From: Nitratifractor sp.
Lineage (GTDB): Bacteria; Campylobacterota; Campylobacteria; Campylobacterales; Sulfurovaceae
Assembly: GCA_015488995.1 (NCBI GenBank)
Contig: WFMQ01000062.1
Coordinates: 1 to 43,409 of the forward strand
Length of the DNA: 43,409 nt
Direction: 5' to 3'
Shown here one piece after another: positions 16,906 to 25,504 of the stretch. The translations under genes were made by a program, and so were the position numbers. Positions within the stretch are counted from its first letter, which is position 1; the number at the start of each line of letters is the position of its first letter. The notes beneath the pieces were generated by a model. It had not been told where the DNA came from, did no database searches, and was given only the letters and a program-made list of their open reading frames with translations.

Positions 16906-17494
16906 ATCGGATTCTCCTGTAGATTGGGTGGCCGAAATATATCCAAATAATGATTAAGGTGCCCAGCAAAACTGTCCAACGAACCAGCGTGATGATCCAA
17001 TGGTATTTGTCATGGATTGTCGTGGCCAGCTTGATCCCTTTGGCCGTAGCGATCTCGTCGGCCATCTCAGAGTAGGCTTGCACGACACCCACATCATACT
17101 TCGATTGCAGGGAGTTGCTGTCTATGGTACTGATGACGTCGATGGCGTAGTGTTTCACTTCATCGCCGTTCAACATTTTTTTGACGGCTTCCGAAGAACT
17201 GAGCAAACCGATTCTCTGACTGTTGGGTGCAAAAAGCAAGACGGCATAAGGGGTGGAGAGTTTGTCGGCATAGTGCTTAAGATAGTGATACAGATTGGTC
17301 GTGCGAGGGATCGAATGTGTTGTTGTGATGACGTACGCATGGATACCCGTCTTTTGTGTCAGTTCTTTTCCCATGGTTTCAATCTGAGCCGCCGCTTTGG
17401 GGCTGATGATCTGGTCGTTGATAAGGAAGTGTGCTGAGAGAAAGAGGGGGAGTGCGTACGCGAGCACCAAGGCTCGCATAGCGTGTTTGATCAT
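16889..17494 (-). CDS. TPM-domain-like membrane-anchored protein
   Basis: 201 aa. Signal/anchor, central domain (HAYVITT...YAVLLFAP...RIGLLSS), C-terminal TM (WIITLVRWTVLLGTLIIIWIYF). Overlaps the FixH gene by 17 nt. Confidence 0.6.
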   Translation of the reverse strand: MIKHAMRALVLAYALPLFLSAHFLINDQIISPKAAAQIETMGKELTQKTGIHAYVITTTHSIPRTTNLYHYLKHYADKLSTPYAVLLFAPNSQRIGLLSSSEAVKKMLNGDEVKHYAIDVISTIDSNSLQSKYDVGVVQAYSEMADEIATAKGIKLATTIHDKYHWIITLVRWTVLLGTLIIIWIYFGHPIYRRIRYGKQK

Positions 17495-17497
17495 TGA

Positions 17498-17599
17498 TTA
17501 CCCTACGTAAGAGACGCCAGTCACAAACACAGCGACCAAGGTCGCTGTCGCCATGACTACCAGACCCAGTCCGAGTACTTTGTCCATAATGGTTATCAT
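17498..17599 (-). CDS. Unannotated small hydrophobic ORF (33 aa) inside the cbb3 cluster
   Basis: MITIMDKVLGLGLVVMATATLVAVFVTGVSYVG. Strong SD AAGGAG 5 nt upstream of the ATG. Its stop is 3 nt before the next ATG. Too short for the supplied ORF track. Confidence 0.55.
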   Translation of the reverse strand: MITIMDKVLGLGLVVMATATLVAVFVTGVSYVG

Positions 17600-17608
17600 C
17601 GTTTCTCC

Positions 17609-17851
17609 TTACTTTTTGACCGGCTGGAAAGCAAATTTCATGTTGTCTTTGCTTTGAGCTTTGACGTTGGTCAGGCTGCCAACGATCGGTGCTGGATTAT
17701 AATAGTTGGTCGCCTGCTGCTTCTGGACAGAGATGTCCCACATGGTCAGACCGACCAAGATGCTCAACAAGAGCACCGTAGCGATCAGCATACCGGTGAT
17801 ACCGCTGAGCGTAAAAAGCCCACGGTTGGTGTTTTCTGTTGCTGCCATCAA
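17609..17851 (-). CDS. Small membrane protein, DUF4006-like (cbb3-associated in Campylobacterota)
   Basis: 80 aa with one TM (LFTLSGITGMLIATVLLLSILVGLTMW). Sits directly after ccoP, as DUF4006 genes usually do. Confidence 0.6.
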   Translation of the reverse strand: MMAATENTNRGLFTLSGITGMLIATVLLLSILVGLTMWDISVQKQQATNYYNPAPIVGSLTNVKAQSKDNMKFAFQPVKK

Positions 17852-17858
17852 TAACTCC

Positions 17859-18737
17859 TTATTGCTTGAGTGAGTTCACGTAACTGTCAAGAGCTTTCTC
17901 TTGAACAGGGGTGAAGCGGTTGGCAAACGAAGGCATCATACCGATCGCGCCGGTTTTGCCTTTGGCCAGAGCCGTTTTGACATCGTAGCCTTTGAGACTG
18001 GGAGCCACACCGGGAGTGCCCGCACCGGTCGCACCGTGACAACCAGCACACACGCCAAACTCAGCGGGAGCTTTACCTTTGCATCCACTGGCGACGTACT
18101 CAGCCGCTTTCTCAGCTGCGGCACCGCTCGCCATCCCTGGAGGCATACCGCCGGGGAAAGCTGCGAGAGCATTTTGACCGTTCTTGATGATGTTCAAGAC
18201 AGTTGCTTTGGTACGACCTTTGGTGAAGTCTTCGGCTTTGCCGGAGAGTCCGTCACCGGTCTCCCCGTGACAGGGAGCACACTGGACGAGGAAGATCGAC
18301 TCACCCATATCTTTGAGGGTAGCCGCATCTGCATTTTTGTGTACCGCTTCAAACTTCTTGTTGTACGATTGAACCTCTTCATTGTACTGGCCAATCTGGC
18401 TGAAGGCATTGAGCGGGTACCCCAGGAAGAAGTACCACAGCCCCCAGATCATCACGCCGAGGAACGAATACGCCCAACCAGCGGGCAATTCATTTTTGTA
18501 CTCGCCGATACCGTCCCAGTTCTCTTCGGCCAAATCACCCGACGCGGTATCGGTTTTCATCTGTCCCATATATTTGGCTGAAACACCAAAAGCCAACGTG
18601 GCAATTGCCAGTGCCCCTAAAATGGTGATCCAGTTAATGGGATCACTCAAGTCAATGTGCATCTGCTGTACCACCACAATGGTGGAGATAATTAATACAG
18701 CAGCAAATGCAAGTCCTTTTACGACAAAAGCATTCAT
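17859..18737 (-). CDS. ccoP: cbb3-type cytochrome c oxidase subunit P (dihaem)
   Basis: 292 aa. N-terminal TMs and two haem motifs, CAPCHGETG and CAGCHGATG. Confidence 0.93.
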   Translation of the reverse strand: MNAFVVKGLAFAAVLIISTIVVVQQMHIDLSDPINWITILGALAIATLAFGVSAKYMGQMKTDTASGDLAEENWDGIGEYKNELPAGWAYSFLGVMIWGLWYFFLGYPLNAFSQIGQYNEEVQSYNKKFEAVHKNADAATLKDMGESIFLVQCAPCHGETGDGLSGKAEDFTKGRTKATVLNIIKNGQNALAAFPGGMPPGMASGAAAEKAAEYVASGCKGKAPAEFGVCAGCHGATGAGTPGVAPSLKGYDVKTALAKGKTGAIGMMPSFANRFTPVQEKALDSYVNSLKQ

Positions 18738-18741
18738 TCAT

Positions 18742-18945
18742 CTACTCCTTATTTTTCTTCACGGGTTCAAGCCCCTTTTCAACGGGTTTGGAATCGATCT
18801 CATCATCAAGAGCGATTTTCCCGTACTTCTCGTAGTCCTTATGGCCCCGTTTTTCACTACGGTAGAGATAAACGATGTAGCTGTAAAACACCACCACCAT
18901 GATACCACTACCGATCACATAGCCGTAGATTGACAGCTGATCCAT
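18742..18945 (-). CDS. ccoQ: cbb3-type cytochrome c oxidase subunit Q
   Basis: 67 aa, single TM (YGYVIGSGIMVVVFYSYIVYLY), located between ccoO and ccoP. Confidence 0.8.
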   Translation of the reverse strand: MDQLSIYGYVIGSGIMVVVFYSYIVYLYRSEKRGHKDYEKYGKIALDDEIDSKPVEKGLEPVKKNKE

Positions 18946-18962
18946 TTAGCTCTACTCCTCGT

Positions 18963-19637
18963 TTACTTCAGACGCTCAAGGTATGCGACCAGAGCGACCA
19001 CTTCAGGGATCTTGCCAGCTTTGACTTTTGCAATCAAGTCTTTGTTCTTCATCTGGGTAGCAATTTTAAGTGCATCGGGAAGAACTTTGGCCTTCAGCTC
19101 CTTTTCATAAGCCGCTTTGCCTGGCTGAATGTCATCGCCATAGGGGACACCAAAAGCTCTTTTGACGGTGACCGCTTCAGCGTAGGCCGTTTCCGTATCG
19201 GCGATGTTGGTAAACTGATGCTTATACGCCGGCATGATCGAACCAGGGACAACCGACTTGGGGTTCCACATGTGATTGGCGTGCCAATCGGGTGTCCGGT
19301 AGTTACCGACACGGTGCAGGTCGGGTCCGATACGACGAGAGCCCCAGAGGAACGGACGGTCATACGCATACTCACCCGAGAGTGAGTACTGACCATATCG
19401 ATCGGTCTCCGCTTTGAATGGACGGATCATCTGTGAGTGGCATGAGAGGCAGTTGTCTTTGATGTAGACACCGCGTCCAGCCAGTTGCAGGACGGTATAG
19501 GGCTTCAGCCCTTTGATGGGCTGAGCTGATTTGCTAAAGTTTGGCAGAATCGTGACTGCACCTGCGAAGGCGATCGTCAAGAAGACGCCAACGGCGAAGA
19601 AGAATGGATTTTTTTCCAACCAATGAAACATAACCAA
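18963..19637 (-). CDS. ccoO: cbb3-type cytochrome c oxidase subunit O (monohaem)
   Basis: 224 aa. N-terminal TM, haem motif CLSCHSQMIRP, then YAYDRPFLWGSRRIGPDL. Confidence 0.95.
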   Translation of the reverse strand: MVMFHWLEKNPFFFAVGVFLTIAFAGAVTILPNFSKSAQPIKGLKPYTVLQLAGRGVYIKDNCLSCHSQMIRPFKAETDRYGQYSLSGEYAYDRPFLWGSRRIGPDLHRVGNYRTPDWHANHMWNPKSVVPGSIMPAYKHQFTNIADTETAYAEAVTVKRAFGVPYGDDIQPGKAAYEKELKAKVLPDALKIATQMKNKDLIAKVKAGKIPEVVALVAYLERLK

Positions 19638-19643
19638 CCTCCC

Positions 19644-21110
19644 TTATGCCATAGGTGATCTGAACTGAGGTTCAGTTTCAAGCTTGCGTCCGGCAGTCGC
19701 TGTCATGAAGAAGTTGTACGCGAACATAAGCAAACCAATAAAGTAGAGCGTCCCACCTACCGCACGAATGGCCCAGTAGGGATGGAGTGCATTGACGGTG
19801 TCGATGAAGCTGTACATGAGGTTACCGTACTCATCGACTGCACGCCACATCATCCCTTGTGTGATCCCGGCAATCCACATGGAGGTGAAGTAGAGGACAA
19901 CACCTACGGTCTGGATCCAGAACTGTGCTTCAAGAAGGGATTTGCTGTAAATCTCACGCTTGAAGACGCGGGGAGCCGAGTGCATCAGGGTCGCAAACAC
20001 CATAAAGGAAACCCATCCAAGCGTACCATCATGGACGTGCCCAGGAATCCAGTCGGTAAAGTGTGCAATCGCGTTGACCGACTTGACCGCCTGAATCGGC
20101 CCTTCAAGGGTGGAGAGCATATAAAAGGTCGAAGCGAGCACCATGAATTTGATCAGAGGATTCTCCGTCAATTGATTCCACTCACCTTTCATGGTCAAGA
20201 GCATGTTGATCGCTGAACCCCAAGAAGGGAGGATCAGGATAACCGAGAAGACCGATGCCATTGTCTGGACCCAATCCGGTACTGTGGACCACAAGAGGTG
20301 GTGTCCGCCCGCCCAGAGGTAAATGAACATCAAACCCCAGAAAGAGAGGAGAGAGAGCTTGTACGAGTAGACAGCCTGTCCGGACTCTTTGGGGAGGAAG
20401 TAATAGATCAATGCAATGATGGGCACGGTAAAGACGAACGCCACGGCGTTGTGTCCCCACCACCACTGTACCATCGCATCGTTGGTGCCAGCATACATGG
20501 AGACCGAGTGATACCAGGCACCCAGACCGCCAGAGAGAAGCTGCGTAGGAACTTCCATGTTGTTAAACAGATACAGCATGGCCACCCCGAGGAACGTCGC
20601 GACATAGTACCACATGGAGATGTAGAGGGCTTTTTCACGGCGCATACCGATCAGACCAAACATAATGACACCCCAGATAACCCAGATCACAACGATCAAG
20701 ATATCCAGAGGCCACTCCATCTGCGCATACTCTTTGCTGGTGGTGATCCCCATTGCCTCAGAGATAACCATCCCGCTTGCGGCGATCAGATAGAGGAAAA
20801 ACTGGAGATACCCCAGGGTCATCAAGAATTTGGACTCTCCCATGGATACCTTGAGTACCCGCTGTGCCGAGTAGTAGAAACCAACGAAAATACCGCTGAT
20901 CATAAAGCCGTAAACCACTACGTTTGTGTGGATGGGTCGCAGACGCGAGAATGTCCCATACTCACCCATCATGTAGTTGAGTTGTGGCCAAGCCAGTTGT
21001 GATGCGATAATCACACCGATCAACATCCCGACAATACCGAAAATAACGGTTGTCCACATGTACAATTTTACGATGGAATAATCGTATTCCATTGCTGCAT
21101 TTGATTGCAT
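19644..21110 (-). CDS. ccoN: cbb3-type cytochrome c oxidase subunit N (catalytic)
   Basis: 488 aa polytopic haem-copper oxidase, with WWGHNAV, HHLLWS and GHVHDGTLGW-type His ligand regions. Confidence 0.96.
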   Translation of the reverse strand: MQSNAAMEYDYSIVKLYMWTTVIFGIVGMLIGVIIASQLAWPQLNYMMGEYGTFSRLRPIHTNVVVYGFMISGIFVGFYYSAQRVLKVSMGESKFLMTLGYLQFFLYLIAASGMVISEAMGITTSKEYAQMEWPLDILIVVIWVIWGVIMFGLIGMRREKALYISMWYYVATFLGVAMLYLFNNMEVPTQLLSGGLGAWYHSVSMYAGTNDAMVQWWWGHNAVAFVFTVPIIALIYYFLPKESGQAVYSYKLSLLSFWGLMFIYLWAGGHHLLWSTVPDWVQTMASVFSVILILPSWGSAINMLLTMKGEWNQLTENPLIKFMVLASTFYMLSTLEGPIQAVKSVNAIAHFTDWIPGHVHDGTLGWVSFMVFATLMHSAPRVFKREIYSKSLLEAQFWIQTVGVVLYFTSMWIAGITQGMMWRAVDEYGNLMYSFIDTVNALHPYWAIRAVGGTLYFIGLLMFAYNFFMTATAGRKLETEPQFRSPMA

Positions 21111-21165
21111 GCAAGCCTCCTAGAAGAATTTGATTTATGTTACTAGAGTGTAACAGTAACGTGCT

Positions 21166-21171
21166 ATTATA
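21166..21171 (-). promoter_or_regulatory. Candidate -10 (TATAAT on the minus strand) of the ccoNOQP promoter
   Basis: Minus strand reads atctgatcTATAATagcac, about 55 nt upstream of the ccoN ATG, with AT-rich sequence upstream. Confidence 0.4.
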
Positions 21172-21265
21172 GATCAGATTTTATATGGGAGAGCTTATAA
21201 CTTGTGGGATTAAATGAAAAAGTTTTTTAAGGTGCGCGTAAGGATGGTGGATGGTGGATGGTGGT

Positions 21266-21365
21266 CGCGTAGGGTGTACAAATGCACACCAAAATCGTGT
21301 CACGATTTATCAGAATACCCGCAGCAAGCAACCGTTGGAAGGTGCGCAATTGCACACCCTACGCG
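21266..21365. repeat. REP doublet (REPIN-like), copy 2, inverted relative to copy 1
   Basis: Arms CGCGTAGGGTGTACAAATGCACACC (21266-21290) and GGTGCGCAATTGCACACCCTACGCG (21341-21365). The 50-bp spacer ends match the reverse complement of the copy-1 spacer. Confidence 0.85.
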
Positions 21366-21371
21366 GGACAA

Positions 21372-22412
21372 TTACGCTTTCCCTTTGGCACTCTGAATCG
21401 AATGGATATATTGGTAATCGATGATAATGTTGGGTTCGGCGGGGAGGTGACGACTCAGACGCGTGATCAGCCCCTCGAAATCCTCGAAGAGGTAGTTGGC
21501 CATGGAGCCAGGGATGGGATTGATTTCATTAAGATACACGGTGCCGTCTTTGACAAAAAAGTCACAACGGATGAGGCTCCCCTCGAAACGGTGCAGATAG
21601 ATCCGCTTGAACGTCTCTCGGATGGTATCAGCAAGCGCATCGTCGATCTCGGCAGCGAGTACCTGAGCGTCGCGGGAGAAATCCATGTATTTTTTGTCAA
21701 AATCAAGAAAGGCTTCTTTGTGGGGGGCTTCGATGATGCTCAGCTCCCACTCGCCGGTGTACGCGCCGGCCTGATTGTACTCGTCGATCCCTTCGATAAA
21801 CGGCTCGATCAACACCTCGGCATCAAACTCAAACGCCACATCCAGTGCATACTCCAGCTCAGAAGGCTCCCGGACGATGCTCACCCCGATCGAACTCCCC
21901 AGGTGCACCGGCTTGATAATGACCGGATAGGGCAAGGTGATGGTGCGGGCTTCGTCACGACGGAGCACCTCGTACGGCAGGGTCTCCACCCCAAGGGAAG
22001 CGGCGAGGAATTTGGTCGTCAGCTTGCTGTAGCTCAAGGCCGCCGCTTCGAGGCGAGGGCCAATGAAGGGGACGTGGTAAAAATCCAGCATTCCGGCGAT
22101 TGTGCCATCTTCGCCGTCGCGGCCGTGGATGAGGTTGAGCACCGCATCGGTGGTGACGGGCTTGGAGCCGAGCATCCCTTCGGTGTGGAAGCCTCCCTTT
22201 TTGAGAGTAAGTTTTTTACTCTTTTTGTAGTCGCCATTGCTGAAGTGTTTGGAAGTCATCTTGGCTGAATCGATGAGGTACATCTCCCGCTGGGCATCGA
22301 CAAAGATGAACTGGAGTGTGCTTTTTTTGAGCACTTTTTTGAGGGTGATGGCCGAGACGATGCTGATCTCATGCTCGTAGCTCGAACCGCCAAATAGGAT
22401 AGCAAGGTTCAT
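21372..22412 (-). CDS. ddl: D-alanine--D-alanine ligase
   Basis: 346 aa. MNLAILFGGSSYEHEISIVSA, ATP-grasp motifs, C-terminal NEINPIPGS. Confidence 0.95.
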   Translation of the reverse strand: MNLAILFGGSSYEHEISIVSAITLKKVLKKSTLQFIFVDAQREMYLIDSAKMTSKHFSNGDYKKSKKLTLKKGGFHTEGMLGSKPVTTDAVLNLIHGRDGEDGTIAGMLDFYHVPFIGPRLEAAALSYSKLTTKFLAASLGVETLPYEVLRRDEARTITLPYPVIIKPVHLGSSIGVSIVREPSELEYALDVAFEFDAEVLIEPFIEGIDEYNQAGAYTGEWELSIIEAPHKEAFLDFDKKYMDFSRDAQVLAAEIDDALADTIRETFKRIYLHRFEGSLIRCDFFVKDGTVYLNEINPIPGSMANYLFEDFEGLITRLSRHLPAEPNIIIDYQYIHSIQSAKGKA

Positions 22413-23530
22413 GACAACATCTCCGCAAATTCACTGAAAACGTACCGACTCTCGTGGGGTCCGGGGCTCGCTTCGGGGTGGTGCTGCACCGACATCACCG
22501 GCTCCCCTTTGTACCGAACCCCTTCGATGGTGTTGTCGAAGAGGTTGATGTGGGTCACATCGGCGATGGTCGTGATGGCATCGGGGACATTGTAGTTGTG
22601 ATTTTGGGCGGTGATTTCGACGGCATGGTTGGTGGTACTTTTGACCGGGTGGTTGCCGCCGTGATGGCCAAACTTGAGCTTGTACGTATCGTGTCCGTGG
22701 GCGATGGAGAGCATCTGATGCCCCAGACAAATCCCAAACATCGGGATCTTCGCTTCCAGCAACGCTTCGGTGATCGCTTTTTCTTCCTTGAGAATGAGGG
22801 GATCACCCGGACCATTGGAGAGGAAGACCCCCTGAATTTCCCCCGCTTCGTAGGCGGCGATCACTTCCGCCGCTGGTGTAGCATTGGGGACGACTTTGAC
22901 TTCGACCCCGGCGTGGGTGAGCTCGTTTAGGATGTTGCGCTTGATCCCAAAGTCATAGGCGATGATCCGCTTGGTCGTCTGAGCCACCCCGTACGCAAAC
23001 TGGGCGATGTCGTACCGGCCATCGGTGTGGATGTAGGGCTCCCGGGTGCTCACTTGCTCGATGTAGTTGACCTCTTCGATACGGGGGGCAAGATCGAGGA
23101 GTTTTTTGAGTGCCGCTTTGTCATGAATCTCCGTCGATGCGATCATCTCCATCGACCCCTCATCCCGGAGCATCTTGGTGATAAAACGGGTATCGATGGC
23201 GGTGATTCCCATCACCCCAAAACGCTGCATCAGTGCGCCCAGCGACTCCTCGGAGCGGAAGTTGGAGGGGCGGGGCTGGTAACTGCGGACGAGGATCCCC
23301 TTGCAAAAGGCTCCTCGGGACTCCATATCCTGAGCATTGGCACCCACATTGCCAATCTCAGGCATCGTAAAGGTGACAAACTGTCCGGCATAGCTCGGAT
23401 CGGTCACGATCTCCTGATATCCTGTCATGGATGTGTTGAATACCACTTCACCTACCGCCGTCCCCTCCGCACCAAAGCTCTGCGCTTCGAGAAAGAGTCC
23501 GTTTTCAAAGTAGAGGCTGGTTTTGGTCAT
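22409..23530 (-). CDS. carA: Carbamoyl-phosphate synthase small (glutaminase) subunit
   Basis: 373 aa. GEVVFNTSMTGYQE, catalytic GICLGHQ, then HHPE. ATGA overlap with ddl. Confidence 0.96.
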   Translation of the reverse strand: MTKTSLYFENGLFLEAQSFGAEGTAVGEVVFNTSMTGYQEIVTDPSYAGQFVTFTMPEIGNVGANAQDMESRGAFCKGILVRSYQPRPSNFRSEESLGALMQRFGVMGITAIDTRFITKMLRDEGSMEMIASTEIHDKAALKKLLDLAPRIEEVNYIEQVSTREPYIHTDGRYDIAQFAYGVAQTTKRIIAYDFGIKRNILNELTHAGVEVKVVPNATPAAEVIAAYEAGEIQGVFLSNGPGDPLILKEEKAITEALLEAKIPMFGICLGHQMLSIAHGHDTYKLKFGHHGGNHPVKSTTNHAVEITAQNHNYNVPDAITTIADVTHINLFDNTIEGVRYKGEPVMSVQHHPEASPGPHESRYVFSEFAEMLS

Positions 23531-23551
23531 GATTCCCTCCTGTTGGGGCGG

Positions 23552-23576
23552 GGTGTGCTATGGTACACCTTACGCG
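23552..23576. repeat. Solo, degenerate REP unit of the same family
   Basis: GGTGTGCTATGGTACACCTTACGCG against the arm consensus GGTGTGC..TTGCACACCCTACGCG. Lies about 35 nt 3' of the DUF507 stop codon. Confidence 0.6.
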
Positions 23577-23611
23577 CCCTGTGTAAAATTCTCATTTCTA
23601 ACGTCCGATGC

Positions 23612-24169
23612 TTACAACATCCCGCGCTTGGCCAACTCTTCCTGATAGAGCCGTTCATAGAGCAATTCATAGTCCTGCGTACCGGGGATCACTTCGCGCT
23701 CCATGTTTCTGATCTTGGTATAGACAATGTCATCGATCTCATCGAAGGAGTCTGCAAAGGCTTTAAACGCCTTGAAAATGACGTTTTTGATTTGGTTTTC
23801 GTTGACCTCGTATTCGATGAGGTAGTTTTCGTACAGTTCATCGAGGATGGTGTGGGAGAGGTCGTTGTAGCGATCATCATAGTTCATGATGACACCTGCC
23901 TCGGGGGCGAGCTTCTTTTTGATCATGAAAAAGAGCTGCCGCTCATCGGCATGCTGAAATTCGATCTCATCGTAATTCTCATCGATGATATCTTTGACTT
24001 TTTCGTCGAGTGCGTGCTCGACCTTGAGGTTGGCATCGATGATCGCCTTGACCGCTTCGACGACGGCATCTTTCCCTTTGGGGAGATGGACAAACGGGGC
24101 ATTGGCCAAATCAATGGCCACCTTGCCAGCGACGTATCCAGTCTGTTGTGGCTTCAGTCTCATGGGCAC
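23612..24169 (-). CDS. DUF507 family protein
   Basis: 185 aa, acidic and helical. MRLKPQQ..YVAGKVA..L start and the overall pattern are typical of DUF507 in Campylobacterota and Aquificae. Confidence 0.7.
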   Translation of the reverse strand: MPMRLKPQQTGYVAGKVAIDLANAPFVHLPKGKDAVVEAVKAIIDANLKVEHALDEKVKDIIDENYDEIEFQHADERQLFFMIKKKLAPEAGVIMNYDDRYNDLSHTILDELYENYLIEYEVNENQIKNVIFKAFKAFADSFDEIDDIVYTKIRNMEREVIPGTQDYELLYERLYQEELAKRGML

Positions 24170-24244
24170 TCCTTATGCGATTGGATTTTTGTTTCTCTAA
24201 GCATACCGAAATTTTTCACTTTGCACTTTGCACTTTTCATTCAT

Positions 24245-25504
24245 TCACTGTTTCCGCACGATCGTATCTTCGCGCTCAGGTGACGTGGAGATGATCCCCA
24301 TCCGGGCTCCCACCATCCCCTCAAGTGCAGTGATGTAGCTGCGTGCCGTCTCCGGCAGATCGTCAAACGCTTGTACCCCCTCGGTCGTGTCCCAGCCGGG
24401 GAAGCTTTCGTACACCGGTGTGGCTTCCTCGAGATCGTAGGGGACATAATCGATCCGTTTGCCGTCCACTTCGTAGGCGACGCACACTTTGACCTCATCA
24501 AATCCGTCGAGGACATCGAGCTTCATCAGGGCGATTTGATCCACGCCGTTGATCCGGACGGCGTGACGAGCTGCCACGGCATCAAACCAGCCGCAGCGGC
24601 GGGGACGACCGGTGGTGGTACCGTATTCATGCCCGTTGTCGCGCAGACGTTGTCCCGCTTCGCCGTGATCTTCACTCGGGAAAGGACCGTTGCCCACGCG
24701 GGTACAGTAGGCTTTGGCGATGCCAGTGACCCGGCCGATGTCACGTGGGGCGATCCCCACACCACTGGCGGCTCCGGCACTCACGGTGGTCGAGCTGGTG
24801 ACGTAAGGGTAGGTGCCATGGTCAATGTCGAGCATCGTCCCTTGTGCCCCTTCGAGGAGGATCTTTTTGCCGCCATCGAGTGCCTCCCATACCAGCAGAG
24901 TGGTGTCGGTGATGTAGGGCTCGAGAACCTCCCTGTATCCGGTCAGCTCCGTGAGAAGTTCGGCTTCGGTGGGCAATGCCACCCCCATCACATCGAAAAT
25001 CCCTTGGTACATTTCAAAATAGGCAACGAGCTTGGCTGTCAACTTGACCGGGTCAAGGAGTTCGCCGACCCGGTGACCGACCCGGGCGACTTTGTCCCCA
25101 TAAGCGGGGCCGATCCCTTTGCCGGTAGTGCCGATGGCATTCTCCCCTTTCATCCGCTCACGTGCCTGATCGATGAGGGCGTGGTGCGGCAGAAGCAGGT
25201 GCGCCTTGTCGGAGATAAAGAGCCGCCCTTCGAGGTCATCAAACTGCTCCATCTCTTTGATGAAGTCCTTCGGAGAGAGGACGACCCCGTTGCCGACGAC
25301 GTTTGTGGCTTTGGGGTTGAGGACACCCGAGGGGATCAGGTGGAGTGCATAGGTCTGGTCGCCGATGACGATGGTGTGCCCGGCGTTGTGGCCTCCGGCG
25401 AAACGGCACACGTAGTCGTGGGTCTGCGCCATGTGATCGACGATCTTCCCTTTGCCTTCGTCGCCCCACTGGAGTCCGACGATGAGGTCTGCTTGGTTAG
25501 CCAT
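24245..25504 (-). CDS. purA: Adenylosuccinate synthase
   Basis: Start taken at [20 protein letters not shown] (ATG 25504-25502). GHNAGHT and [10 protein letters not shown] motifs. The longer ORF-track start at 25594 adds a non-homologous Pro/Ser/Arg-rich extension. Confidence 0.95.
   Translation of the reverse strand: MANQADLIVGLQWGDEGKGKIVDHMAQTHDYVCRFAGGHNAGHTIVIGDQTYALHLIPSGVLNPKATNVVGNGVVLSPKDFIKEMEQFDDLEGRLFISDKAHLLLPHHALIDQARERMKGENAIGTTGKGIGPAYGDKVARVGHRVGELLDPVKLTAKLVAYFEMYQGIFDVMGVALPTEAELLTELTGYREVLEPYITDTTLLVWEALDGGKKILLEGAQGTMLDIDHGTYPYVTSSTTVSAGAASGVGIAPRDIGRVTGIAKAYCTRVGNGPFPSEDHGEAGQRLRDNGHEYGTTTGRPRRCGWFDAVAARHAVRINGVDQIALMKLDVLDGFDEVKVCVAYEVDGKRIDYVPYDLEEATPVYESFPGWDTTEGVQAFDDLPETARSYITALEGMVGARMGIISTSPEREDTIVRKQ

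Noticed and set aside
21126-21143. FNR/Crp-type box (TTGAT-N4-GTTAC) in front of ccoN
   Set aside because: Only one half-site matches TTGAT-N4-ATCAA, and the position is downstream of the putative -10. The GTTAC belongs to the better-defined GTTAC-N6-GTAAC palindrome.
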